Shown: in pieces, positions 39,961 to 51,170 of the stretch
How positions within the stretch are numbered: position 1 is the stretch's first letter
Layout of the letters: every line of letters begins with the position of its first letter
Assembly (NCBI GenBank): GCA_964016885.1
Contig: OZ024740.1
Location: 186,744,001 to 186,808,000, forward strand
Source: Eledone cirrhosa
Taxonomy: Eukaryota
Direction of reading: 5' to 3'
Length of the DNA stretch: 64,000 bases
The notes under the pieces: generated by a model
The model's database searches: none
The model's input: the letters and a program-made list of their open reading frames with translations, nothing else
Told to the model about the DNA's origin: nothing
Translations under genes and position numbers: made by a program

Positions 39961-40566
39961 GAAAAATGGAAAAAATGAAATTCCATTTCTCACTCTTAGT
40001 ACGGCTGATACTTAAATATAAGTATGTATACGTACATACATATATGTATACAGACGTACAGTAGTATGTATATTCATACATACATGCACACATATATATA
40101 TATGTACGTATGGGTTTACCGAACATTTATTATAATGCCCGGTTTGTTTGTAGACAAACAGCCTGAATTATTAGCCATATAGTGTTCGGCAACCATCATT
40201 GCCCTTCTGTTCAACACTGACAAAGGAACAATGAACTAGTTTCTAGCTTATTAACTGTCATCAGCATCGTATACCTTCCTGTTAGTTGATTGAACGTTTG
40301 AAAGTATATACTTTCCTTATGCATATTAACGGCTGAGCAGCATAATTTGCATATCGAGGGAGTTAGTCGGCCGGGCGTACCGAAAACGATAAATGGAAAA
40401 AATGATATTTCATTTCTCACACTTAGTACAGCTAATACTTAAATATAAGTATGTATACAGTAAACCCATACGTACATATATATATATATGTGTGCATGTA
40501 TGATTGTATATACATACTACTGTACGTCTGTATATATATATATGTATGTACGTATACATACTTATA
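39961..40566 (-). mobile_element. Non-coding hammerhead-bearing retroelement (family D; retrozyme-like or non-autonomous PLE), 427-nt unit
   Basis: Direct repeats 39956-40031 / 40383-40458; inverted segment 40460-40570 matches the reverse complement of 40013-40119; TSD tttagcaaaac at 39950-39960 and 40567-40577; internal hammerhead. Confidence 0.7.
40223..40277 (-). ncRNA. Minimal type I hammerhead (family D)
   Basis: Minus strand: aagg-tata-cgatg-CTGATGA-c-agtt-aata-agct-a-GAAA-ctag-TT/cattg-tt-cctt; palindromic AACTAGTT stem III, GUU triplet. Confidence 0.75.
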
Positions 40567-40635
40567 TTTAGCAAAACCAAAAACTATCAATATTATATTG
40601 TGATAATTCTTTCTAACATTGGCACAAGGACAGCA

Positions 40636-40768
40636 CGAGGAGGAGGAGGAGGAGGAGGAGGAGGAGGAGGAGGAGGAGGAGGAGGAGAAGTAGGAGGAGG
40701 AGGAGGAGGGGGGGGGGAGAAGAAGAAGAAGAAGAAGAAGAAGAAGAAGAAGAAGAAGAAGAAGAAGA
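40636..40768. repeat. (GGA)n-(GAA)n purine tract
   Basis: Read directly; follows an inverted SINE tail at about 40600-40635. Confidence 0.95.
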
Positions 40769-43399
40769 ATGAACAGCTACAAAACTCATGAAATATGATT
40801 TGTGGCTGTTTCAACCAGCTACTAAACACATGATCAGTAATTTTATAAAATCTTTATGGTGTTTAAAAGTTCCTCGGCACAGCAATCTATTTGAACCAAA
40901 AATCTGAACTGAAGAAATGAGTGGACTGTAAGTAATTTAAGATGAATACAAATAATGAAGCCAAGATGAATTGCAAAAGATTCCATATTTCTTTTCAGAA
41001 CAAACTTTTTCAATAGAGCACTTCTTATCATATAGTTTCATTGCAAACAATATCAACGTATTTATATATTGCTGCGAGAAAAGAATTAAACTATCAAGAA
41101 ACCCTTAAAATAACTTGTCAACAAAGCCTGGCTCTCTACAATATTTGACAGATCATTGTTGCTATGATTAAAACTTATCTTAAGAGACGTTTATCTATGC
41201 AGGCAATCTTTTTTATAAGCTGGAAAAAAAAGAACATTACAATGAAATCCTTTTTGCTGAAAACAACATTTATTAAGAGTGGAGATACTCCTCTCCTAAT
41301 AAATAAAAAGGACTTCAATATCAATGAACAGGCTCCTATAACATTATCAAAATAGCTTAAAGGAATACAATGAAAAAACAAAATGAAGTAATATTTTAAT
41401 AAATGGTTGAGTGGATTTAATTTTCGTTTACTGTAAAAATAGAGAGTATGTCAGAAATTTGTTGATTGTAAACATAATCATTCAGCTTTATCAATTTCAT
41501 TCTAGATTGTTGTTGTTTTTTTTCAATCTGAATGGGTTATAAATTGAGGGGTTATAGTCTATGGTGGGAAGAAGCAAAAACATCTGTTTTTAGATTATAA
41601 TAATGTTTGATATTAAAAAATGCCTTTGCATATTAAACACAAGACCATATTTGTAAGGTTTAGTTATAAAGAACTACATCGTATAAGAAATTAAATATCA
41701 ATGAGAACATTTAAGAGAAATTAAATGTTATTTAGATTTACTATTTTATTTTCAATGGTTTTTGTTTTTGCATTTCAAAAATACTTAGGATATAAAGAAA
41801 ACAGACTGTTTTTTTAAAAATATCCCTCTTAATATATTCTTTACTAGAATAATCATATTAGATTCAAAAGGAGGATTATGTCCAGTGAGGATGATATACA
41901 ATAGCAATATAAATGAAGTCATTTTCATGGAAGAGTAAACTTGCTAGTTTTTATCTATATACTTCATTCATAAATCATATTAGTGTTTGTGTGGGTGCAT
42001 GTGTGTGAGTGTGTGTGCATGTGAGTGTGTGTGTGCCTGTGTAAAGAAAATGGATCCCAATGAGGGTGCAGAAAGGGGAAGAAGCTATTCAACAATAAAT
42101 AAATGCTTTATCCATATTCTACAACTATGTATATAGGTGGTGGTTGTGGTGGAATGTCAAGATTGATAACAGACTAGATGGACTATGCATAACTGTATAT
42201 AATTGTGTTCCTTTGCATCCTAAGTTAAAATAGCAGAAAGTTGACTTTGGTTTCCAAAACCCTATGGTCCAAATAATTTAGTATAAAACGTGTGTTGGAA
42301 TTTACCTCTATCCCTTCTCTATAAATGTGTCTAGTCTTCTGCCAAAGAAATATATCCATATTTTACTATTATAAAAGAGGCTAGCATATTAATAGAAACA
42401 TTCCAATCCAACCCAGGGTCTTCTCAGTCCCATAGAAGGAACTCCTCCCTTGTTAACTTTCATTGCTTCTGTTTGATTTTGGTCATATCAGGGGTGTAGC
42501 CACACCAAGCTTGGTTCATTACTGTTGGTGAAGCTATTTAACCCATAGCTGTGTTGGATGGCCATTGACTTGGAAAATTTCATCAGAACTTGTTTTTGTG
42601 CTGCTGCTGAGGTTCCACTTACACTGACCACTCAACAATGAAGCAGGTTGTATTAAGTTACATGGTACCTGTAACAGGCAGAACACAGACCTGACAATAG
42701 AAACATTTCAGAGTAAGATTCAAAAGGCTTTCAGTATTTATTTACATCCTCAGTTCTAATACTAGCAGTGTTCATATGATAAGTGCTAATGAGTCAATGA
42801 AGGATCATCTATATGGTGATTTGATCTGGTTCAAATAACTAGCAAATTAACCCCTTTCAAATCACACCCCATTGTCTTACTATGTGAAAGATTCTTCAGG
42901 TTACCCACTAAAAAGACAGTCTTTTATTTTAAGTTTGCTCAATAAGAGCTGAGTGGAGGTGGGTAATATACTACCACTACTACTAATTAAATAAGTTATA
43001 CATATTCCAAACAAATGTTTACCCACATCATATGACCAGTCATGATATCTTGATGTGCTATTTCCTACTGCGGCAATGCAGAAGTTTTGGCTTCTTAATT
43101 TCTCCACCCCTACCTAGTTATGCAGGCCTTTAACAAGTCATGAAGACAACCCTTTCACAACTATATTGAATCTAAAAAATGTTTGGATTTAAAAAAAAAA
43201 AAAAACACTTTAAAAGAATAGATAGAAAAACTTTCAATGGCATTGCCTCAGCATGGACTCAGCCTGTTGATGAGAACACTCAAAAGAGTAAGCATACCTG
43301 AATAAACCCAGTTGTTGTTGTTATTATATAGCACCCAGGCTAGCAAATAGGAAAAATCCATAAGACATCAGGCTAGATATTTTATGGCATTTAATTATG

Positions 43400-43560
43400 A
43401 TCCTTTATGTTTTAAGTTCAAATCTTGCCGAGGTTTGCTTTACCTTTCATCATTATGTGGTTGATAAAATTAAGTTCCAGTCTCACACTAGAGTTGATTT
43501 AATCGACTTTCCCCTCCCCACAAAATTGTTGGCCTTGTGCCTGAATCAGAAACCATTATT
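43400..43560 (+). mobile_element. SINE (main family), decayed
   Basis: B box, core and tail recognisable. Confidence 0.7.
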
Positions 43561-43696
43561 TAGCCCCATAGTCCCAAGTGAACCCAGATTGAGTTAACTT
43601 ATTATCAAAGGAATTCTCTTATATTTCTGTCTTTTTAGGGATATGTATAAACTTCGTTTAATGATCCCTTTCTTACTTCAGACACTAAATTATGCT

Positions 43697-43925
43697 TTAA
43701 CCCTTTAGCATTCAAACCAGCTGTATCCAACCAGAATTCTCTCACCTATTTCTGTTCAAACTGGCTGTAACTGGCCATCCATACCAACGTTAAGTTATTG
43801 TTATCAAAATAAATAATATCAAAATCTCATAGATTCGACATTATGTGAGATAATTATGTGAGGCAAAGCCTCTTACCATAAATATTATAATGTATATAGA
43901 ACAATGTTAATAGCTAAATGATTAA
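43697..43925. mobile_element. piggyBac-type MITE, decayed
   Basis: TTAA|ccctttagc ... gctaaatga|TTAA. Confidence 0.55.
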
Positions 43926-44399
43926 AAGAGATTTCGCTGCTATTTCTTGTAAATCGAAAACTATAAAGAAGCAGCTTATTTGACTCATGAAACCTAGTTC
44001 ATTTTGAAAGTGTCACAATTTAATTAGTTAAGTGATGAACAGTTATTATCATTGGGACAAAGTGATTATACTAAAAAAAATGACTAAAGCCTTAATTTTT
44101 AAATTTCACACAAGGCAAATTTTTGTTTTGACATTTTAATATTCAGCTGTAGTAGAATTAATTTTTACGTTTTTCTTTATAAGCAAAGCTTCTTTGATAT
44201 CTCCATATGTGATAGTGTTGTTTAACCCCCAGAACCACGACAAGATATAGATCTTGGGAGGCCCAGAGTAGTTCATATTTGGTGGGCACCTCATATAACA
44301 TCACCCATATATATATATATATATATATATACATGCACACATAATTAGGAAAAGAGAGAGAAGAAAGGGTTCTCTGTGAATTAACAAGGTCATTAGAAT

Positions 44400-44548
44400 A
44401 TGGGCGGAGGTGGTGAAAGCAGACCTCAGATCGCTGAAACTCACCGAGGGGATGATGAAGGTCCGTGAAAAGTGGAAAGATGCTGCCAGTCCTACCCTTG
44501 CAAGCAGGGAAAAGTGGACGTAAAATGATGATGATGATGATGATGATT
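44400..44548 (+). mobile_element. RTE extreme 3' end
   Basis: Closely similar to 31209-31368. Confidence 0.85.
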
Positions 44549-44559
44549 AGAACATTGGC

Positions 44560-45175
44560 TAGAGTGCTTTGTGGATTTCGCTTTGACTCTGTGCTCTCCG
44601 AGTTCAAATACCTCCAAGGTCAACTTTGCCTTTCATCCTTTTGAGGTTTATAAAAGAGTCTCAATCTTATACTGGGTTTCATTCTTCCACCATGACTCTT
44701 TTGCTCTTCCTCTCTCTCTTTCATTTCCTATTCTTCTCTGGAAGAAATTTGTTTTTATTCACACTTGGAGAGGGAAAAGTCAATTAAATCAGCTGCAATG
44801 TGTTATTGGTACTTTATTTTATTGACACCATATGAATGAAAGGCAAAGCTAACCACAGTGGGATTTGATATCAGAACGCAAAGGGACATAACTATATGCT
44901 GCTAAGCGTATTGTCTGATGATCCACTGATGCTGCCAATCCAACGCCCATTGCATGGCAATAATAATAATCACACATGGGTACAAGACCAGAAATTTAGT
45001 TGGGAGGGGGCATTCATTTAGATTGACCCCAGGGCTTGAATGATACTTAACAATTCTAGAAGGATCAAAGGCAATGCTAAAATAGGTGGGATTTGAAATT
45101 ATGAAATAGAGGGCTGAAAGTAAATACTAAAATGCATTTCGTCAGACATTTTACCAATTCAGCCAATCCACCACT
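44560..45175. mobile_element. Cluster of three decayed SINEs (one plus, two minus)
   Basis: Cores at about 44600-44660(+), 44800-44950(-) and 44970-45175(-). Confidence 0.65.
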
Positions 45176-45423
45176 AGCACCACTACAGCCTCTGCCATGA
45201 TGATAACGATGATGATGAAACAGAGCTGTAAGCTATTTTTCCTAATAAATGGTTTTACTGACTAGAACACATTGTCTAAAGACTCAATACAACGCCAGCT
45301 ATGGACATTACATTCAATATCTAAATTATAGATTTGGTATTGTTATTACATTCATCTAATGTTTAATAAGTTTTATTTATTAAATTAACCTGCAAGGATA
45401 CCACCATTGATATATTGTCTGTA

Positions 45424-45487
<64 letters not shown>

Positions 45488-45923
45488 ATGTGTAAACCAG
45501 TGTTTCTTATATCTATATTTAATTTCCGAGTTCTCACCTACATGCAATCAATATAATACTCTCTATTCATTTTCCTATATACACCAGTAATTTTGTAATC
45601 AGCAATAAGAATGACAGTGTCCTCAACACTTAAAGTAAGAATAGGAATAAAATGCATTGAATTTCTTCGGCCATCGCTTATTATTGTCTGGTCTCAGAGG
45701 ATTAATGGATTTCAGTAATAACCGATTGGTGTGGTTAGCTAAAAGCCTGTCATATTCTACTTTTAAGATATTAACTAGTTTCTACTACTCTTCATCTTTA
45801 GCAAGGATTTAACAAACAGGCTGTGAATAAATCACATAGAAATGGTTAGTTTCTCAGTGAATACTTTGAATAAACTTGAGCTTTACCAATATTAGGGAGC
45901 ACAACTTGTAAATTACAGAGCAA

Positions 45924-46105
45924 AATAATTGTTTCTATTTAGGCACAAGGCCAGCAAATACCCAGTACATTACTGGTACTTTATTTTATCGACCCCGTAA
46001 GGATGAAAGGCAAAGTTAACCTCGGCAGGATTTGAACTCAGATCGTAAAGGGACGTAACTATGCTGAAAAGCATGTCCGACCCTCTACCGATACTGCCAA
46101 TTCAC
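45924..46105 (-). mobile_element. SINE (main family), young copy
   Basis: Close reverse complement of 21103-21297. Confidence 0.9.
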
Positions 46106-46329
46106 AAAATAATGGTTGCCTTTTGTTTACTTTTCTTTCTGGATTCATAGTTATTCAACCACTTACAAACACATAATTCTCACTGAAATACGATAAATAG
46201 ATTGAATATATATATATATATTGTGTGCGTGTGTGCATGTGTGGGAGTATATATATATATATATATATTTGGTGTTGAATGCTGAAAGCGTCCGTATGAG
46301 CACTCAATGCGCTCATAGAGCAGAGTATG

Positions 46330-46723
46330 ATATCACAGAAAAAGAGAGAATCAGTGTTACGACGAATGGAATTTATTGGACATATTACAATCGTCTCTCT
46401 GGCGACCAGCTCGAGACACAATCGATGATCGTACCTGACTCTGAAAATCGCAAGGTCGTCATGTACGTCTTGATTTTACGAAGCAGATTTTCCTAGGTCC
46501 TTTTACATCGATATATTTCACTTGTCGGCGAAGTATATCGATATAAAAGGACATAGGAAAATCTGCTTCGTAGAATCAAGACGTATGTGAGGACCTTGCG
46601 ATTTTCAGAGTCAGGTACGATCATCACATCGATCGTTCCTCGAGCAGGTTGCCAGAGAAACGATTGTAATATGTCCAATAAATTCCATTCATCGCAACAC
46701 TGATTCTCTTTTTTCTGTGATAT
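46330..46723. repeat. About 395-bp fold-back hairpin with a very small loop
   Basis: Arms about 46330-46520 / 46528-46723, roughly 90% complementary by manual comparison. Confidence 0.95.
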
Positions 46724-46727
46724 ATAT

Positions 46728-46976
46728 AGCCACTGTGTCGATGACACAACTGTCCACACTGTAAGGGGGTTGTGTAGGAGACACAGTAAAAAGGCTCCCA
46801 GTCGACACTGTAAATGCGGTTGGTGTTAGGAAGGGCATCCAGCTGTAAAAAACCTGCCCGAGACACATCTGTATGTGCGAGACATGGTCTCCCGACTATT
46901 CCCGCATCAAATACAGCAAAACCGTCTAACCCATGCTAGCGTAGAAGATGGATATTAAACGTGATGATAATGATGA
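46728..46976 (+). mobile_element. RTE 3' UTR fragment
   Basis: 'ggttggtgttaggaagggcatccagctgtaaaa...aacccatgctagc...taaacg(atg)n', shared with 57060-57218. Confidence 0.8.
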
Positions 46977-47008
46977 TATATATATATATATATATAATAT
47001 ATATATAT

Positions 47009-47690
47009 ATATTTATTAAAATAACAGAAGATTAAAGTTTAAGCTAAGAATCGCTGCTTTCACCCTTAACGGGATCTTCTGAAACTAAAAAAGTCAATAT
47101 GTGAACGCAGAAGTAAATATTTCAAAAAACGATGCAACCGAAGGAAGACAGGAAGACGATACTTTGGTTCGTGGAAACGGTCCCTTGCAAAGAACGGGAA
47201 AAAACGAAGATAATACGTCATCATTTGGAACATGAAAACAATTACACGCAAAGACAAAACTACGTTTATGGTATAAATGAAGTCGTAGGCTAATTTTCTA
47301 TTAGGTGGTTCATGGAGACCTCTCTGGCAATGAACGAAAAAAACGAAGATAATACGTCATTATGTGGGGCGATGAGAACAATTATACGCAAATACAAAAC
47401 CACGTAAATGGTATAACAGGAGTCGTAGACTTAATTCTAGTTAGGAAACCGAATGATTCTCGGCTTCAGAGTTAAGAATAAAGTAAATAAATAAAATACA
47501 AAGGTAATTGAAATTAAATATATACATACACGCATCCATATACGTACGTACACAAGCATACGCGAAAATATTCGCCATGGGTATGCAACTACAAGCACGT
47601 ACACGAAAATAAAACCACCCACGCACTTATAGAATCCACGCAACGCCTGTACCCGCACACATACGAACGTATACACAAATACACATAAAC

Positions 47691-47722
<32 letters not shown>

Positions 47723-48836
47723 ATACATAATATATATAAATATACACACATAAATACGTATATAACGCGCGCACACACATACCTACATGTAAATACACAT
47801 ATGTTCGCGGACGTACATCAACCAAAACACAGAGTACACATATACGCACACCCTACATACGTACGAACCCGCATACTCACACAGACGCAAACTCACGTAT
47901 ACACATAACCAAAAGCACATGTACCAGTATATATAAAATATACGCCATAACATATACAAGCAAATATACGTGCCTTCACAAAACATACAGGTAATATATA
48001 CTTACCTATACAAATAAGTAATGGTATAAACATAACAAACACTTAGCTACCACATGAAGACGTAAAATATCCGCGTATAGTTCGTACTATCCGTTAGAGT
48101 ATAATGTGGGGCTGTAATACAGGAAAGTTTTGTGCAATTTATGTTTACAAGCCGAAATTGCCTCAGATTTTTTGTTTAAGATGTGGTCTTTGGCGGAGAG
48201 TATTTCCAAGGCCTCAGCGGCGCAGAAGTCACATGGTCTTTTATTTCCGTTATACGATCTAGCCCTAGCTAGGATCTCCCAGTGTAACTTATATTGGGTG
48301 TGGTTGTCTTTTAGACTACAGATATAAGCTGAAAGTGAGGTCATATTCCTTCTTAAAGCGTTAAGAAAAGAATGGGTATGCATGTAAATAAGTTGCTTGA
48401 ATCTATTGGCGGTTAACCCTAAGTAGGCCCTACAGGACGTGGGTGTTCAACATTACATTTGTAGACAATGTTACTAGAGAGGCATTTCCCGGATAGGGGG
48501 CAGTCAACCCGATTCCTACAATTACAGTTAGTACTAACTACAGGGTTGCACGTGTTCCTACGGCTAGGTAATTTAGCTAAATTTGAAGCTGTGATGTTAT
48601 GTGCAAGGTTAGGAGTCGTAGAATAAGACATTTTAATGGTATTTCTATTAAAAAGTGTTACTATATTTATGTGCTGGAGGGAAATGATTCATAATAAGGG
48701 AGAGAAAGATCTTAGCTAATGGTGTGGCCACCTCCTTATTATATGGTACGTTATACCATATAATGCGTCGGGATCTATTTTTCCTAGGTCTATTCTCGTA
48801 CTCTGGATTTTAGTCTTCAAATTTATTATCATTACT
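47009..48836 (-). mobile_element. PLE family B, third copy (GIY-YIG region, long 3' UTR) with an inverted 3' tip at 48804-48836
   Basis: ORFs 48087-48383 and 48419-48631 match 17568-18506; 48804-48836 is the reverse complement of 13691-13723. Confidence 0.92.
47030..47099 (-). ncRNA. Variant hammerhead (family B, copy 3)
   Basis: Same CAGAAGA...GAAA core and stems as 20231-20300. Confidence 0.65.
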
Positions 48837-48868
48837 ATATATATATATATATATATTTCATCATCATC

Positions 48869-49288
48869 ATGGAGTATGTGCTGCTGTACGGGTCTGAGAC
48901 TTGGACACTGACCAAGAAACTTACTCAGATGGTGGATGGGTGCTACAGGAGAATGCTGAGGATGGCTCTGAATATTAATCAGTATACACTGAGGATGAAG
49001 AACTCAGAGCTGTACGGGAGCCTCCCAAAAGTCAGCTCGAAAGTAGCACAGAGGAGACTGAGGTTAGCTGGACATGCTCACTGACATCCAGAGTTGACAC
49101 TACCCCCAGTGCTCCTGTGGGAGCCCCTGCATGGACACACTGCAAGAGGAAGACCAAGGTTAATGTATGTTGATGCCCTAAGGACAGACACTGGTCTGTT
49201 GGAGACGCAGGACATGACAGCGATAATGAGGGACAGAGACTGCTGGAGAGAACTCGTTTATGGATCTCGGGAATTTTACCCACGCTAG
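48869..49288 (+). mobile_element. 3' fragment of a different RTE-clade family
   Basis: VLLYGSETWTLTKKL...DGCYRRMLRMALNI...RRLRLAGH...LLWEP...RGRPR...DTGL; one internal stop. Confidence 0.85.
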
Positions 49289-50361
49289 ATAGATATATAT
49301 AATATATATATATACATATATATATATATGTTTAGAGAATTGGATTCCCAATCGTGAGGTTGCCAGTGTGATTCCCAGGCTGGGCAATACATTATGTCCT
49401 TAAGCAAGACATTTTATTTCACATTGCTTCTGGAATGAATTGGACAATACTTTTAAAGGCAGTTTTTCTATCGCTTCAAAGCCTTTCTTGTTGCCAAGTC
49501 ATTCTTTATGGCATAAACAGCTGATGTTCATAAAACTGCTCTCATACATATACACACATGCATACACAAATGGGGTTGGCATTAGGAAGGGCATCCAGCT
49601 GTACAAACCAAGCCAGAAACAGTTCTGTATGAGCAAAACACAGTCACCTGATGAAACTTGTCTTACAACGGGATAACTCATCTAACCTACACTAGCATAA
49701 ATAAATGGACATTAAAGAATGATGATGATGATGATGATATATATATATATATTTATGAACCAAATCCACTTTGGACAGCGTGAGCCTATAATAGAATTGC
49801 TCATGTTCCTACTCAGCAGGATTGAACTTGGAGCTAAAACAAACTTCATAACCAGACATCCTTTCCTGTGACAACCACATTTTTCTGTGTACGTGTGTGT
49901 GTGTGGGGGGGGGTATGTTTGTGTGTGTGGGTCTGTGTGTGTGTCTGTATGTGTATGTGTGAGTGTGCATATGTGTGTGTCTTTAAATGCACATGAGTAA
50001 TGAGAAAGATAGATTCCAATACATTGGTACTAAACAAATATGTCGCAGAAATATGTTGCAGAAAATGTCTTATGCACTTCTGTTGGAATTGCCAAGTGAA
50101 CACTGCAGCTCAATTTCCCAGTTCAGCTTTAAATATTATAACTTCACTATTTCGAGTGGGACTGTAAATGAATCAGTGTTTATCCCTGGTATTAATAGCA
50201 AAACTGAAAACTCGTTCTTTCACATACACATGCACACACACACACATGCACACACACACATACACACATGCACACACATACACACACACACACACATACA
50301 TATATGATATTATTCCACAATAGAATATACTTTTGAAGTAAAGACAAGCACTGTATATACT

Positions 50362-50452
<91 letters not shown>

Positions 50453-50637
50453 TACATGAATCAAAGTTCTGTTTAAATCATTTATTTGCTTACAATTGTT
50501 TCTTCCAATTACATTGAGCTATTCATCTTACTGGTAATAAGATAGTAATAAATTACTGTCTTTCACTATTTAGGGTTTAAAATATATATAACTATAAAAG
50601 GGTTTAGTATATACACAACCATAAATAGTATCCTTAA

Positions 50638-50697
<60 letters not shown>

Positions 50698-50701
<4 letters not shown>

Positions 50702-50808
50702 ATAATAATAAATTTGAAGACTAAAATCCAAAGATGGCTCGATAAGGATAAATATATATCAAATATATAAGAACCGTAGAGCAAATAATCTGTTATTTTA
50801 ATAAATAT
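50698..50808. mobile_element. 110-bp PLE family B mini-insertion (3' tip plus inverted adjacent segment)
   Basis: 50698-50787 matches 13691-13749 joined to 17287-17317; 50787-50808 matches 20297-20318 in the opposite element orientation. Confidence 0.85.
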
Positions 50809-50820
50809 ATATATATATAT

Positions 50821-51132
50821 AAACGGAAAAAATGAAACGAAATTTCATTTCCCACTCTTAGTACGGCTGTTACTTAAATATAAGTATGTACACGTACATA
50901 CTTACATATATATATGTGTGCATGTATGTATATATATATATACATACTACTGTACGTCTGTATACATATATGTATGTACGTGTACATACTTATATTTTTA
51001 TATATATATATATAAATATAAGTATGTACACGTACATACATATATGTATACAGACGTACAGTAGTATGTATATATATATATACATACATGCACACATATA
51101 TATATATGTAAGTATGTACGTGTACATACTTA

Positions 51133-51170
<38 letters not shown>

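Noticed and set aside
42623-42690. Candidate small exon on the minus strand with a gtaagt donor
   Set aside because: No recognisable peptide or partner exons.
42715-42760. Hammerhead-like CTGAGGA...GAAA on the minus strand
   Set aside because: Stems I and III do not pair convincingly and there is no element context.
46289-46300. 12-mer tgagcactcaat shared with 63164-63175
   Set aside because: No further similarity; compatible with chance.
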